From Octopus bimaculoides (taxonomy: Eukaryota), in contig NC_068981.1 of the NCBI RefSeq assembly GCF_001194135.2, positions 50,902,410 to 50,935,776 on the forward strand: a stretch of 33,367 nucleotides of DNA. Reading direction: 5' to 3'. This document shows positions 11,855 to 23,768 of this stretch, piece after piece (position 1 is the first letter of the stretch; each line of letters starts with the position of its first letter). The notes beneath the pieces are model-generated. The model was given only the letters and a program-made list of their open reading frames with translations, made no database searches and was not told where the DNA came from. The position numbers and the translations under genes are program-made.

Positions 11855-11936
11855 TTCACCTTACTTCGAGCTGTGCGGGTAATACCAGACTGACTTGGTG
11901 CTTCAACTTAAATACCTAATTCAACTGAATCTTAAT

Positions 11937-11976
11937 TATGTATGTATGAGTGTATGTATGTTTGTATATGTGTAGG

Positions 11977-12045
<69 letters not shown>
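11937..12045. repeat. (TATG)/(TA)/(TG)n microsatellite
   Basis: Directly visible. Confidence 0.9.
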
Positions 12046-12048
<3 letters not shown>

Positions 12049-12629
12049 TATTCAAACATTCATACTATTGTCATCTTCATTGAATATATTAACGTTGTTA
12101 TCTTTGTTTACTTAAAATTTACATCACTACGAAAATTGCCATCTAAGGCAAACATCACTACTGAAATTATTAGCTTCTATGGTAGTTACATTGTTTCATT
12201 TTCTTATTACTTCCATTATTCCATCTTTTTGAGTACGATGAAGTTTTGTTGAAAGCAACATTATAGTGAGAATTTCTGAAAGCAAATCTAACAAAATTAT
12301 AGTGCGAATTTCAATTCATTAATTGAAGAAGTTTCGTATAAACATCTTATAATGCTGAACAACGATATAATCAAAATTAAAGATGTGAAGACATACTTTA
12401 GTGGAATATATACTCGTAGAAGTAGGATTCTGAAATCTAAACCGAATGCGTGAAAATTTACTAGTTATGGAATTGAGATAAATATCACAAATAAGATATG
12501 ATGCAAGAATCATTGGGTACAAAATGATGAGTTAAATGATAATTAAAGGAGAGTGAGATAAATCCGAGGAACAGCGCACAATTCATACAAAGGCGAATTC
12601 CAATCACTTATCGAGCACTGCATAATCTT

Positions 12630-12690
12630 TTCTACTCTAGACACAAAACCCGAAATTTTGGGGCAAGGGGCCAGTCGATTATATAGAGAA
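12630..12690 (-). mobile_element. Short SINE 3'-tail fragment (family C-like)
   Basis: CTACTCTAGACACAAAACCCGAAATTTTGGGG...GGGGCCAGTCGATT resembles the reverse complement of a cephalopod SINE tail that I recognise from memory. Confidence 0.45.
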
Positions 12691-12750
12691 CACTGTATAA
12701 TAACAAAGAGAGAAGTATAATATATCTTAAACTGATAGAACTATTGTGGA

Positions 12751-12790
12751 ATAACAGTAAATGTTTCTTAATAACAGTAAATGTTTCTTA
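12751..12790. repeat. Perfect 20-bp tandem duplication
   Basis: ATAACAGTAAATGTTTCTTA x2. Confidence 0.95.
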
Positions 12791-12884
12791 AATATTGCTA
12801 AGTGATGGGTCATTCACAAAGATAATAGAGTCTAAATGAAAAAGAATATAAACAGGAAAATGTAGAAGAAAGAGGTCATTACAA

Positions 12885-13160
12885 ATGGGCTTGTCAGATT
12901 TTTTAAAGAATTTGAAAAATGCCACGTAATATTTATCTCGGGTCGCTAGTTCTGAGTTCAAATCCCTCTGAAGTTTAACATTATCTTTCACTCTTCCAAA
13001 TTTGATAAAATAAAAAGTACGTGTCAAGTACAGTTATCGATGATCACTCTTCCAAATTTGATAAAATAAAAAGTACGTGTCAAGTACAGTTATCGATGAT
13101 ATCAGCGCATGCCCTCACTTGACAATCCCTTATTTGTTCCTAAGTTAGAAAGCTTCATTA
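12885..13160 (+). mobile_element. Degraded tRNA-derived SINE (family C)
   Basis: B-box-like GTTCTGAGTTCAAATCCC followed by CTTTCACTC...GATAAAATAA...GTAC...TCGATG. Old, diverged copy. Confidence 0.5.
12989..13100. repeat. Perfect 56-bp tandem duplication
   Basis: CACTCTTCCAAATTTGATAAAATAAAAAGTACGTGTCAAGTACAGTTATCGATGAT x2. Confidence 0.95.
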
Positions 13161-13583
13161 TAATTGCCATACAATCGCTACGACCTTCATGTATGATAAT
13201 ATGATATTTTATACTAATGTACTGTAAGTATTTTAACCTTGGTCCATCCGACTTCCCTCCTTCTTCTTGCTCAACAGAAGACTAAGGAAGCAGTTATTCA
13301 CAATTTTGGTTAACTTGTAGTTCTTTGACACTTTATCAAATTATAAATCCCATTATATACTTATGCCATAAGCAACCAACACATCTTACTGATATATAAC
13401 TTCAACACGTTTAATAAACAACTGTTAACTGATTTCTAAACTTACAATATAATATAGAAACCATTTAGCTTTATATTAATGTACCACGGAACATATACTT
13501 TGCTGACATACGATACAAAATATAATTGAGTAAACACTATATACATTGTACTTATTATAAACAATATTTTTATTTAAAATAAA

Positions 13584-13900
13584 GGCGCGTGGCTTAGTGG
13601 TTAGGGTATTCAGCTTACGATCGTAAGATCGTGGGTTCAATTCCCAGTGACGCGTTGTGTCATTGAGCAAGACACTTTATTTCACGTTGATCCAGTCCAC
13701 TCAGCTGGCAAAAATAAGTAGTACCTGTATTTCAAAGGGCCAGCCTTTTCAAACTCTGTGCCACGCTTAATCCCCCTGAGAACTCCGTTAAGGGTACACG
13801 TGTTTGTGGAGTGCTCAGCCACTTGTACGTTAATTTCACGAGCAAGCTGTTCTGTTGATCGGATCAGCTGGGAACCTCGTCGTCGTAACCGACGGAGTGC
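13584..13900 (+). mobile_element. tRNA-derived SINE (family B)
   Basis: GGCGCGTGGCTTAGTGGTTAGGG...GGGTTCAATTCCC head. Colinear with the reverse complement of 2194-2513. Confidence 0.9.
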
Positions 13901-13984
13901 TCCTTCTTCTATATTTAAATATCAACGCTGTGTTTTAGCTTATGCAAATACATTATAGGTATTTCAAACACATGCAAATATCCC

Positions 13985-14900
13985 TTAAGGATTTCAACTA
14001 AGAATTAGATTATGGTATGGTTTATGGTATGGTCTGTGTGTGCCAGTATTTAGATCAATCGTGACATGCAAAAAGTTAGTTTCTATGGTGATTTTATGGC
14101 CAAGGGCGTTGAGGGTGCGTATGATATTTTTTCTAAGCCTATCTAAAGTATGGCCGTTAGCGCCCCTGGAGATGGCTAAAGTATCATCTCTATATAAGAC
14201 GAAGTGGACAGAGGAGAATTTATTACCCAGGGTGTCCAGAATGTAAAAACCTATAAGGTCGCAAATCTCAACGCTGTCGTATGCCTCCATCGTGACGTCG
14301 AATTAACCTTCAGGGTCAGTTCGTTTGACCCAGGTTGAATCCTGGTTGAATAGTAGCATTTTCTTAGCGTGCATAATTATATCTATTTCTGTATCACTTA
14401 TGTGGGTAATAATCTAGCATATACTAACGCCCTAGCAAGTAACATTGTCGATATCGATAGATAAAGGTCTACTATATCGAATTGTATGAACTTAGCCCTA
14501 AAAGTGTTTCGTTTGGTCTCAAAGCAATGTAACATCGATTGTGCTACGCCATAAAGAGAAATTAGATACCTTTCTTTTGTATTATTAACCCTTCATACGA
14601 TGTATTTACTCACCAGTCCGATTTCGGACTTGGCAGGGTTAATCAAGCGGCATTTAGGGTTGGAAGCGAAGTTCGGTATATGATCCTTGATAGTTACAAA
14701 GGCATTACGTTTAGCTAGTATTTCTTCCCTGTCGGCATTGTCCAGGTCAGTAGCTTTAAGTTTTGCCTTATTATTGATGGTATCATAGATATGTGCTGCG
14801 GCTCGTCTATTTTGTTGTTGTAGTGATCATTATCTATCTTATTAAGTTTATTTGTCTTATCTGAAAATAGTTGGGTTCGATCTGAATTTTTCAAACAGAA
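13985..14900 (-). mobile_element. Penelope-like element RT remnant, Naiad-type
   Basis: Minus-strand peptides [87 protein letters not shown] and NFLHVTIDLNTGTHRPYHKP. Several stops and frameshifts. Confidence 0.88.
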
Positions 14901-15604
14901 GAACGCGGAAACAAGACTGTGTAAATAGTGTATGGCAGAAAGATATATTATCCTCATGCACTCGCATGAGCCAAGAGGCTACCTGAACACCAGGACAGAA
15001 GGCGTGGGATGTTGTTCACATTTTCTGAAATTTTTAATTCAAAATTGGAAAGCCTAGCTATCAAGCTCACAGAGGGAAATTTTTAAGCCAGGTTCAACAA
15101 TCACACCTTAAGCTTCAGACAATGGGATAAAAGGAAAAACAACCAAATTATCCAGTTAAACATGGTCCTTAAAAGAAAAATGTGTCAGCTATAATATTCA
15201 CTGAAAGATCCTGGCCAAGTGTATATATATACACAGAGTGAAAGAAGTGGGATTGAAGCAGAAAATGAAATACTAACACCTTTGACTTTAGCCGAAATAT
15301 AACTAATTTAAATAGATAATTCTGCACTAAGTATATATTTTCTATTTAAAATAAATGTTTCCCGAGTGATGGCACATGTTTTAATTTTTCGTTTTCTTTT
15401 TTAATCAATATCCACCCGCTCAAGGAGAAACCAACTGTAGCCACCTTTGATAGGTAATTTCAATACTACATTTTCAGTCGTAAATCAAGCCGAAGTTTCA
15501 GTGGTAATCCAACCTGAAGACTCATAGCATACACCTGTACCTTTTCGTCAGTTGACGAAAGCTCCTTCATATTCACTCTCTCTCACTTTCTCTCACTTTC
15601 TCAA

Positions 15605-16158
15605 AGCATTTTATTAGTTTCTCATTCAACTGTGCTCCACACATAATAATCAAGGGGGTTGCAGTCTGGGGTGTTAGGTGACCAAATGTTAGGTGTGATG
15701 TGGTCGCATAAATTGTATGACAGCCATAACAGGATCCTCCTGCTTGTGTGGCATGGTGCAGTCTTCGAGCAGCCACCCACTTCCTAGGGCAGCATTACCT
15801 CCTCCAGGCACTTAATGCAGGCATAAGGTCGCCATCACTAATGATCACTCAAAACACCATGATGTTGACTGGATGTTTGATTTTTATCGCTCGCGGTACT
15901 TGCCATCAGATTGCAGTGTTCTCAGATTAACACCCAAACACACCGAAATGTTCGTATTGTAACTTCGGGCGCAAATGCCAAACAGAACAGTATGTCATTT
16001 CCAAATTTCTAGCAGACTGAATTGTATCATGGTGCTGTTTTTTCACATACGTTGCCCAACCAACCCTACCATACTGTGTAGTCGACAAAATCAAAAACAA
16101 ACAAAGCGCATGCGTGAATTGAGACTCTAAATGGTGACAATTTACCCATCGCACCCTG
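15605..16158 (-). mobile_element. Internally deleted Tc1/mariner transposon of DD37D (maT-like) type
   Basis: The minus strand starts TA|CAGGGTGCGATGGGTAAATTGTCACC (TIR plus TA). Peptides NTNISVCLGVNLRT, KHPVNIMVF*VIISDGDLMP and APCHTSRR...WSPNTPDCNPLDYYVW. There are 37 residues between the second and third catalytic D once a 2-nt deletion is allowed for. No second TIR was found. Confidence 0.85.
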
Positions 16159-16160
16159 TA

Positions 16161-16340
16161 TATGTGTGTTTGTGTTTCTGTGTTTGTTCCCCCCATCCGT
16201 CGACAACCGATGTTGGTGTGTTTACGTCCCCATAAGTATCAGGCTTACAAAGAATATGTATTGGGTTGGAATTGTTCGACTAAAAGTTGTGCCCCAGCAT
16301 GGCCGCAGTAAAATGACTGAAACATGTAACAGAATTAAAG
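16161..16340 (+). mobile_element. SINE family A, 3' half, with an internal deletion
   Basis: TGTGTTTGTTCCCCC...GGTGTGTTTACGTCCCC...CCAGCATGGCCGCAGTAAAATGACTGAAAC matches the family A tail. Confidence 0.8.
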
Positions 16341-17169
16341 AATTAAATATATATAACATATATGCGTCTGTGCGTATGTGTATATCAACACGTGTATGTG
16401 TTTGTGTGTGAGAGAGTGTATTCCTGACAAATATATCTCTGTACTTTATGAGATAGACAACAGTGCTTTCGAGAACACTTTATGTAGTAAAATTTATGCT
16501 TTGCTCTATGAATATGAATATTAAGTGAAGGTAATAAGGTTAATAACAGCAAAAGTTAGTGATAGCCTTCGTATCTAACGATAATGGGGTGACAATGCTC
16601 TTAATGATTATTATGTTCATCACCATCATTATTACAACGGCTGTCACAATAATAAAAATAGTACCGATATAATTCCTTGTGAATATCGTATAAAGAATAA
16701 CGTATGATGATGGAAATGAGATCGAAGGGAAGATTAATTTGATTTCCTATAAAAACAAATGTTATAATTCAAACTTTGTGATTTGAAGAATGCAGCTCCT
16801 TTGATTATTGTCTAGTCTTGATTATTGTCCATTTTTGATTATTCATTACATTTGTTTGTATTCATTATGGACGGATTAAATTAGATAAAATGAAATGAAT
16901 CAAGATTAGATATTGAGATACTGCAGGATTTTGGAAATTTCTGACATGTATAACTATTATATAAAAGATAATCAAAATATATACGCAAAATATTCTAATA
17001 TTTAACTCATTCTGATCTTCAGTTTGTGTTGTACATTCATGACACTCATTTGGTTTTGCACATAAGAATGGAAGTAAAAGGTACTTTCTACTTGTGTTAC
17101 ATGTAGCTCTTTCATGTAGCTCTGCGTGTGTTAAACATTTTTACATCGAATGCATTTGTCTCAAGGTTA

Positions 17170-18390
17170 GATCCTACTATATAATGTCTTCAGCAGACAT
17201 TTTCCTCGATAACGTCGGATCGACTAGCGTCCTGTGCAGCAGCGTCGGATTGACCATTTGAAGAGAAGTGTTGGAAGTGGGGGAATCGTATGTTTCCATA
17301 TACTTCGCAGAGCTTCTGGCTTTGATCTCATTAAATTTGTGCTTCAATTGTTGCAAATGGCTGACTGCAGTATAAACAAACGCATGTCATGAAAAATTTT
17401 CAGGAGGACTGACATTCTCAGAAGTCTTGAATGAGATGTTTTTCTGTGGCACTCGTTGACAAGACCCATTCGTCTGATTGTGTGCGAGGTGTGTGAGTTT
17501 CGCGTTTGTGTGGAAATGACATGAGACGGAACAGATTTCAGAAGTAATGATCATTGGAATAATAGAAAAAGCAGTGATAGAACACATCATGAGAGTCGGT
17601 CAGAGGTTGAAATAAATATCTAAATAACTTTATAAATACTCTAGCAGACGCCCTCCAGAGCAGGTTTATGTTGTCTGCATATGTTGCAACATTGTCAGTG
17701 AAGACTTATAGGTCTCATCTGAAGTTTGTAAAGAAATTTTAGATGTTGATATCTTAAATATTATATGGCTCTTAAGAGAAAGGCCAGTATTTCATAAATG
17801 TTTTTGTTTTCTCAGTGGCAGTCAAGATTAGCTTTTGAAACAATCGCGAGAACTTTACATATGTAAATCTCATAACTACCGTAATCGAGGTGCGATGATG
17901 TTTCCTAGTTAAGTACAGTGAACGAAGTTCTAGTTTTGTCTTTTATTGTTGGAGAAAGCTTGATTGGGAGGCTCACACTGAAAGATGATTTCAAAGTATC
18001 TCTTCAGGAATTTGGCCTAGATAGGTTTGATGCTGAAATGAAGAGAGCAATGAAATATTACCTGCGTTGATGTGGAAACGACGACAAAAGAGGAGGGCTG
18101 GAAGAGAGAAATTACAAGCTTGAAGTAAGTGGTAAGTATGAGGGTTCCTTATGTGTGTCATTATTTGAAGTTAAATGAAGGGAAGAAATCAGAGGCGTTA
18201 CTCACATTAGAGACAACCGCTAATGTTGCATTCGGTATCGATACACGGATAGTGGTGAACCCGGTGAACTTAGGGATAGGATTTAGGATTTTTGTGTCAG
18301 CAGTGGGCAGATACATAAAAAGCGACTATTGAAATTAGAGGGTTTCCTATGAGAGTTCTGTTCGCTGAAGTACGTTTTGATAAATGACAA
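17170..18390 (-). mobile_element. Degraded, heavily deleted Gypsy-type LTR retrotransposon remnant
   Basis: In order on the minus strand: gag-like HRKPS; protease-like RRFHINAGNISLL (about 18040-18083); RT-like DNVATYADNI...LFQPLTD (YADN at 17670-17681); integrase-like HNQTNGSCQRV (17465-17482) and PPENF. No LTRs were seen. Confidence 0.55.
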
Positions 18391-19931
18391 AAGAAAAAAA
18401 AATAACAAAAAATAAACGCATCAGCATCACTTATAGAATTAGAAGAGTTAACGGAAATGTGTTGAATGAATACATTCGCACTTGTTTACAGAATAGTTTT
18501 GAAGGTGTTGCGATGGTGAGTAAAAATATATAGTTTGTAGAGTTGACTGATTTTACTCCGAGTGTAGTTTTGCCTGAAATTCAGTAGTAATCTTACATAG
18601 TGGCAAAGCAATATCTTAATTTAGTAAAACAATAAAACAATTTAATAATTAAGAAATTGACTAAGTGTATATTATAAGTTACTAATCTAAAATCATTTTA
18701 TCACATCTTTACTAACTCATAACTTCAATTAAGCTTAAAACATCCTGAAAATAGTTTAGACTATTGGGCAATCTTCAGTCAATATTACATTAAATAATGC
18801 CAGTAGCTAATTAGTGTAGCAAAATGTGCTCTGTATACAAGCAACGAAACAATGGATTTGGATGCACTCAATAATTCCAAATCTTATTACTTAAATAATA
18901 CACATAGTATTTAATTTATTTTGTTATGTATACTTTTTATTCGTGTTGCTATTATATTGTTATTTATATATTCTATATATATATTTTCCTATATTTTATA
19001 TAGCAGAATGTTTAAACCTACCAATTTCGTTTTGAGTATCATAAATGGTGTTACATTTCTAAACTTGTGAACAAGTTATTATGCAGTGAGTTCTTCAGTT
19101 AGAGCCAAATTATTTAGGTAATCCAGTGTCAGAAATTATATCTCATTCCAATTTTTATTTCTAATACTTGTAACTAGGACAAAATCTCGTATTTTTTTTA
19201 ACGTTTGCATTCTGTTTAGTTATTCAATTATATTATCTGTGCATCTACGTGATCTATGCGATAGATATCGTTGTACATTGGGAAAGGAATAGTTTTATCT
19301 ACTGATAATATTACTATAATAATGACTGAAAAGCCACTGATATTTCTTTAAAAGTTTTCCAGCATTGATGAGTGTCTTATCCGAAAAAAATGAATCACTA
19401 AATTGTACATCCTTTTGCAATAAAAATAGATATCCATCAAGAACTATTACCTTATATCACAATATTGCAAGGAAATTAATGCCTCCCTTCCAATAATACG
19501 TTACATGATCACTGGATACACATGTTTTCTTTCTAACGTTCTAAATAAAATAATATAACATTTAAGCATTGTTTAAGGTGTTGGAAACATGAAGAATTTT
19601 GATGGTGTTTGAATACGCAAGGCTGTCATCTCTGGACACTGGCACATAAATCTTGCACAAAGCTAATCGACAAAATTAAAAGTTGACACGTATTCAACTC
19701 CATAATTTTCATTCATACATACAACGAATAACTCAATTCGATCTAAGTTAGAAATCATTAACATAACAGTTTATGTTTAAAAGCTATAGTGACCTAATTA
19801 AAATACATAAATCTAATGACAAATTATCAAAGACCACATTACACAGTGGATGACATTTTCCCCTTGTTTACTGATTAAATTCTCTTTATATGAATTTTCA
19901 AGTTCTAAAAGCTCTGTCAATATTAATTAAA

Positions 19932-20190
19932 TTATATATATATATGTGTGTGTGTGAGTGTGCGCGTGTGTATGTGTGTATGTGTGTGTGTGTGTGTGTG
20001 TGTGCGTGTGCGTGTGTGTGTGTTTAGAGCAGGTACACAATAAATCTGTAGCATATCATGATCCTATTAAATAGTATACTGCATGTGGAATGTGGGAATA
20101 TAAAGCACTTGATTTGTGTGTGTGTGTGTGAGAGTATGTGTGTGTTTGTGCGTGCGTGCGTGTGTATGTGTGTGTGTGCGTGTGTGTGTG
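19932..20190. repeat. Two imperfect (TA)/(TG)n tracts
   Basis: Directly visible. Confidence 0.85.
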
Positions 20191-20744
20191 AAATTACAAG
20201 TTTCAGTGCCTAACCCATAGGCATATTTATTGAATTTTATATTCGTTTATGTTACTACTTTCATTACTTACTCAACGTGATATTTTCTCTGAATACATTC
20301 CCTTTCAATAACATATTTGCAAACTCGATAGTTCCCAGACAATCAAAGGTAACGACATTGTAATATAAGCAGCAACTGGCCTAACTAAATAGCCTACACC
20401 GCATAGGTAAAATTGAATGGAAAATTATCCCCATCTAAGTATACAAATCAATGGAAAGTCGATGCAGAAACGGTTGTTTTTTTTCGCTCAAATAAATATT
20501 TTCCACTTTGATTTGTCGTTCATACGCTTCATGAGAGAGTGAATCCAAAGGTTTGATAAAATAATAATTGTAATGTACTGGAATAATTGCAAATCAAAGT
20601 ACAAAAGCTGCAGTGTTTTGGTATCACTAAAATGTGAATATACAGAAAGACATTCTATTTGAAACTTACATATTTCATAAACATTATCATAAGCGTATAT
20701 AATTGATAACATGAGCACATAAGAATAGGAGTGAGTGTAAAATA

Positions 20745-20761
20745 TATATGTGCGCGCGTGT

Positions 20762-20806
<45 letters not shown>

Positions 20807-20810
20807 TATG

Positions 20811-20842
<32 letters not shown>

Positions 20843-21430
20843 CACACACACACGCACGCACACGCACACACACACACACACATACACACACACACACACA
20901 CACACATACACACACACACACACACACACANNNNNNNNNNNNNNNNNNNNNNNNNNNNNNNNNNNNNNNNNNNNNNNNNNNNNNNNNNNNNNNNNNNNNN
21001 NNNNNNNNNNNNNNNNNNNNNNNNNNNNNNNNNNNNNNNNNNNNNNNNNNNNNNNNNNNNNNNNNNNNNNNNNNNNNNNNNNNNNNNNNNNNNNNNNNNN
21101 NNNNNNNNNNNNNNNNNNNNNNNNNNNNNNNNNNNNNNNNNNNNNNNNNNNNNNNNNNNNNNNNNNNNNNNNNNNNNNNNNNNNNNNNNNNNNNNNNNNN
21201 NNNNNNNNNNNNNNNNNNNNNNNNNNNNNNNNNNNNNNNNNNNNNNNNNNNNNNNNNNNNNNNNNNNNNNNNNNNNNNNNNNNNNNNNNNNNNNNNNNNN
21301 NNNNNNNNNNNNNNNNNNNNNNNNNNNNNNNNNNNNNNNNNNNNNNNNNNNNNNNNNNNNNNNNNNNNNNNNNNNNNNNNNNNNNNGTGTGTGTGTGTGT
21401 GTGTGCGTATGCGTGTGTGTGTGTGGTGTG
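20745..21430. repeat. (TG)n-(TA)n-(CA)n microsatellite and N gap (20931-21386)
   Basis: Directly visible. It explains six of the long ORFs in the track. Confidence 0.9.
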
Positions 21431-21431
21431 A

Positions 21432-22925
21432 AGTGGTAGGTAGGCATTTGGTTGAGAGTTCCGACAGTAATGTTTTACTACCGTTACAAATATGAGTAGA
21501 GATGGATTTGTGTGTCATGAATACAATGTTTCAACTAAAAAAATAAGTATAAAACGACATGAGTGCACCCTGGTTATAAGAAATGGCATCTTATAAATTA
21601 CATCATCACTACGAAACGAGATACTGGGGGTTTCGCTATCGTACAAGTGATACTCGGTGCAGAGTGCTGGACCAACCATAGGATTTTCTGTGGCAAGGTG
21701 AATTTTGTTGTCAAACGTATGCTTAGAGCAAATAATGACAAGTTACCTAAACGGATTGATGTCAATAAACTTAAGATACCGTCAGTACACAATGAGTTTG
21801 TGAGTGAGATAGATAATGTGAAGGAAGTTGGAAGTCATTCAAAGAAAGAGTGTATGAGAACTGCAGTAACATCCTTGGCTGTCCAAAGATTGGTTTGACG
21901 ATAAAGATGAAGAAATTTGTCTTAAAGGGAAAGCGAAAGGCATTTAGTATGTTACAAAATTTTGACATGTCAGCGTCCTTCACAGTGGCTACACATTTCG
22001 AGTCAATAGTAGCAACAATGCAGAGGAAGCTGAGGATGATGCAGGAAAATTGGTGGAGTGGTAGATGCGAAGAAGTATAAGAAGCTTTAAATGCTAACAA
22101 TTCCAAACATTTTTATTGTCCCTTGAAAGAGTTTATGAACTAGCTTCATTAACGGTTGCACAACTTCGGAGCAAGGATAGTACAGAGTTATTAAGAAATC
22201 CTAAAGATATAGTTAGGAGATGGAAAGTGTATTTTAATGAGTTGCTCAAAACCCCAGTAAATTTGACCCCTCTTTTCTTGATAATATATCTGAAAGACCA
22301 ACAAAACATCTTTTAGAAGAGGTTTCAGACGTGGCTGAAATAAAAGCGGCAATCAGGAAATTGAACAATGGAAAGGCCCCTGGTATGGATGGATTAGGTG
22401 CAGAGATTTATAGATATGGTGGTGAGTGTATTTGTACAATGTTGATGGATTTGACATAGCTTGGCATAGTGAAGAGGTTCCTCCGGATTGGCGTGATGTG
22501 ACTACGGAGATACTATATAAATGGAAAGGTAGAACGAAGGTCAGTGATAATTATTGCGGCATCTGTCTGTTAGCTGTTGCTGGAAAAGTCCTTTGCAGAG
22601 TAATACTGGACAGATTGCTTCTGTACATTACTGATGAGGTTCTGCCAGAACCACAATGCCGGTTTAGCGATAGTAGGAGTACTATGGATATATTTTCGGC
22701 TAGACAATTACAAGAGAACTGCATCGAACAGGACATGGACTTATATCAGGTGTTCATTGACTTACAGATGTGTTTCATTCTGTCAATAGAGTTGCACTTT
22801 GGGAGACTCTGAAAATAGCTAGGATGCCGTGCAAATTTTTTGAGAATGCATAGACACTTTCATGAAAAAGTGAAAGTGAGAGTTAATGTTGGAGGTACCT
22901 TATCAGATCCAGTTTCTGTAGAAAT
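21432..22925 (+). mobile_element. RTE-clade LINE remnant (APE C-terminus to RT N-half)
   Basis: Peptides NTMFQLK, HPGYKKWHLINYII, AECWTNHR, RRWKVYFNELL, AIRKLNNGKAPGMDG, DNYCGICLLAVAGKVLCRVILDRL, LPEPQCRF and ARQLQENCIEQDMDLYQVFIDL. Multiple stops and frameshifts. Confidence 0.92.
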
Positions 22926-23036
22926 GCTGTAAAATTTTCTCCAGAAAAATTTCGCGAGAACATTATTTTTCTTTGTGGTTGGGTCGTTGATGACCACTTT
23001 CTAGCATATTGGATGTCCACATAGTGGTCATCACTT

Positions 23037-23069
<33 letters not shown>

Positions 23070-23458
23070 NNNNNNNNNNNNNNNNNNNNNNNNNNNNNNN
23101 NNNNNNNNNNNNNNNNNNNNNNNNNNNNNNNNNNNNNNNNNNNNNNNNNNNNNNNNNNNNNNNNNNNNNNNNNNNNNNNNNNNNNNNNNNNNNNNNNNNN
23201 NNNNNNNNNNNNNNNNNNNNNNNNNNNNNNNNNNNNNNNNNNNNNNNNNNNNNNNNNNNNNNNNNNNNNNNNNNNNNNNNNNNNNNNNNNNNNNNNNNNN
23301 NNNNNNNNNNNNNNNNNNNNNNNNNNNNNNNNNNNNNNNNNNNNNNNNNNNNNNNNNNNNNNNNNNNNNNNNNNNNNNNNNNNNNNNNNNNNNNNNNNNN
23401 NNNNNNNNNNNNNNNNNNNNNNNNNNNNNNNNNNNNNNNNNNNNNNNNNNNNNNNNNN

Positions 23459-23750
23459 GTAGAGTCTTAGCTGTTTCAGCCTTTCCCAGTAGCTGAGCAG
23501 TTGCAAAGAGACAATCTTCTTTGTGAATCTCCTCTGGATTGCTTCAAGGTCTGCTGTTAATTTCAGACTGGTGGGTGACCACAGCTGTGAGCAGTAATCC
23601 AGGCGGCTGAGGACGAATGTCCTCCAGAGGATCATCATGGTTTCCTTATCTCTGGTTCTGAATGTTCTCAGGATCCATCCAGCCAATCGTCTGCACTTTG
23701 TTGCCATTCTGGTAATGTGCACTTGGAAAGAGGTATCATCACTCATGTCG
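23459..23750 (-). mobile_element. Uninterrupted CR1-group LINE ORF2 fragment running into an N gap (23070-23458)
   Basis: Open frame MSDDTSFQVHI...AGWILRTFRTRDKETMMILWRTFVLSRLDYCSQLWSP...EAIQRRFTK...SYWERLKQLRLY. Confidence 0.92.
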
Positions 23751-23768
23751 ATATATATATATATATAT

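Noticed and set aside
12989-13100. Tandem repeats considered as a CRISPR-like array
   Set aside because: There are only two adjacent units, no spacers and no cas genes, and the context is eukaryotic.
22570-22600. CTGATGAG followed by a short hairpin (hammerhead-like)
   Set aside because: No GAAA follows the stem, and the site lies within RTE coding sequence (ITDEVLPEPQC).
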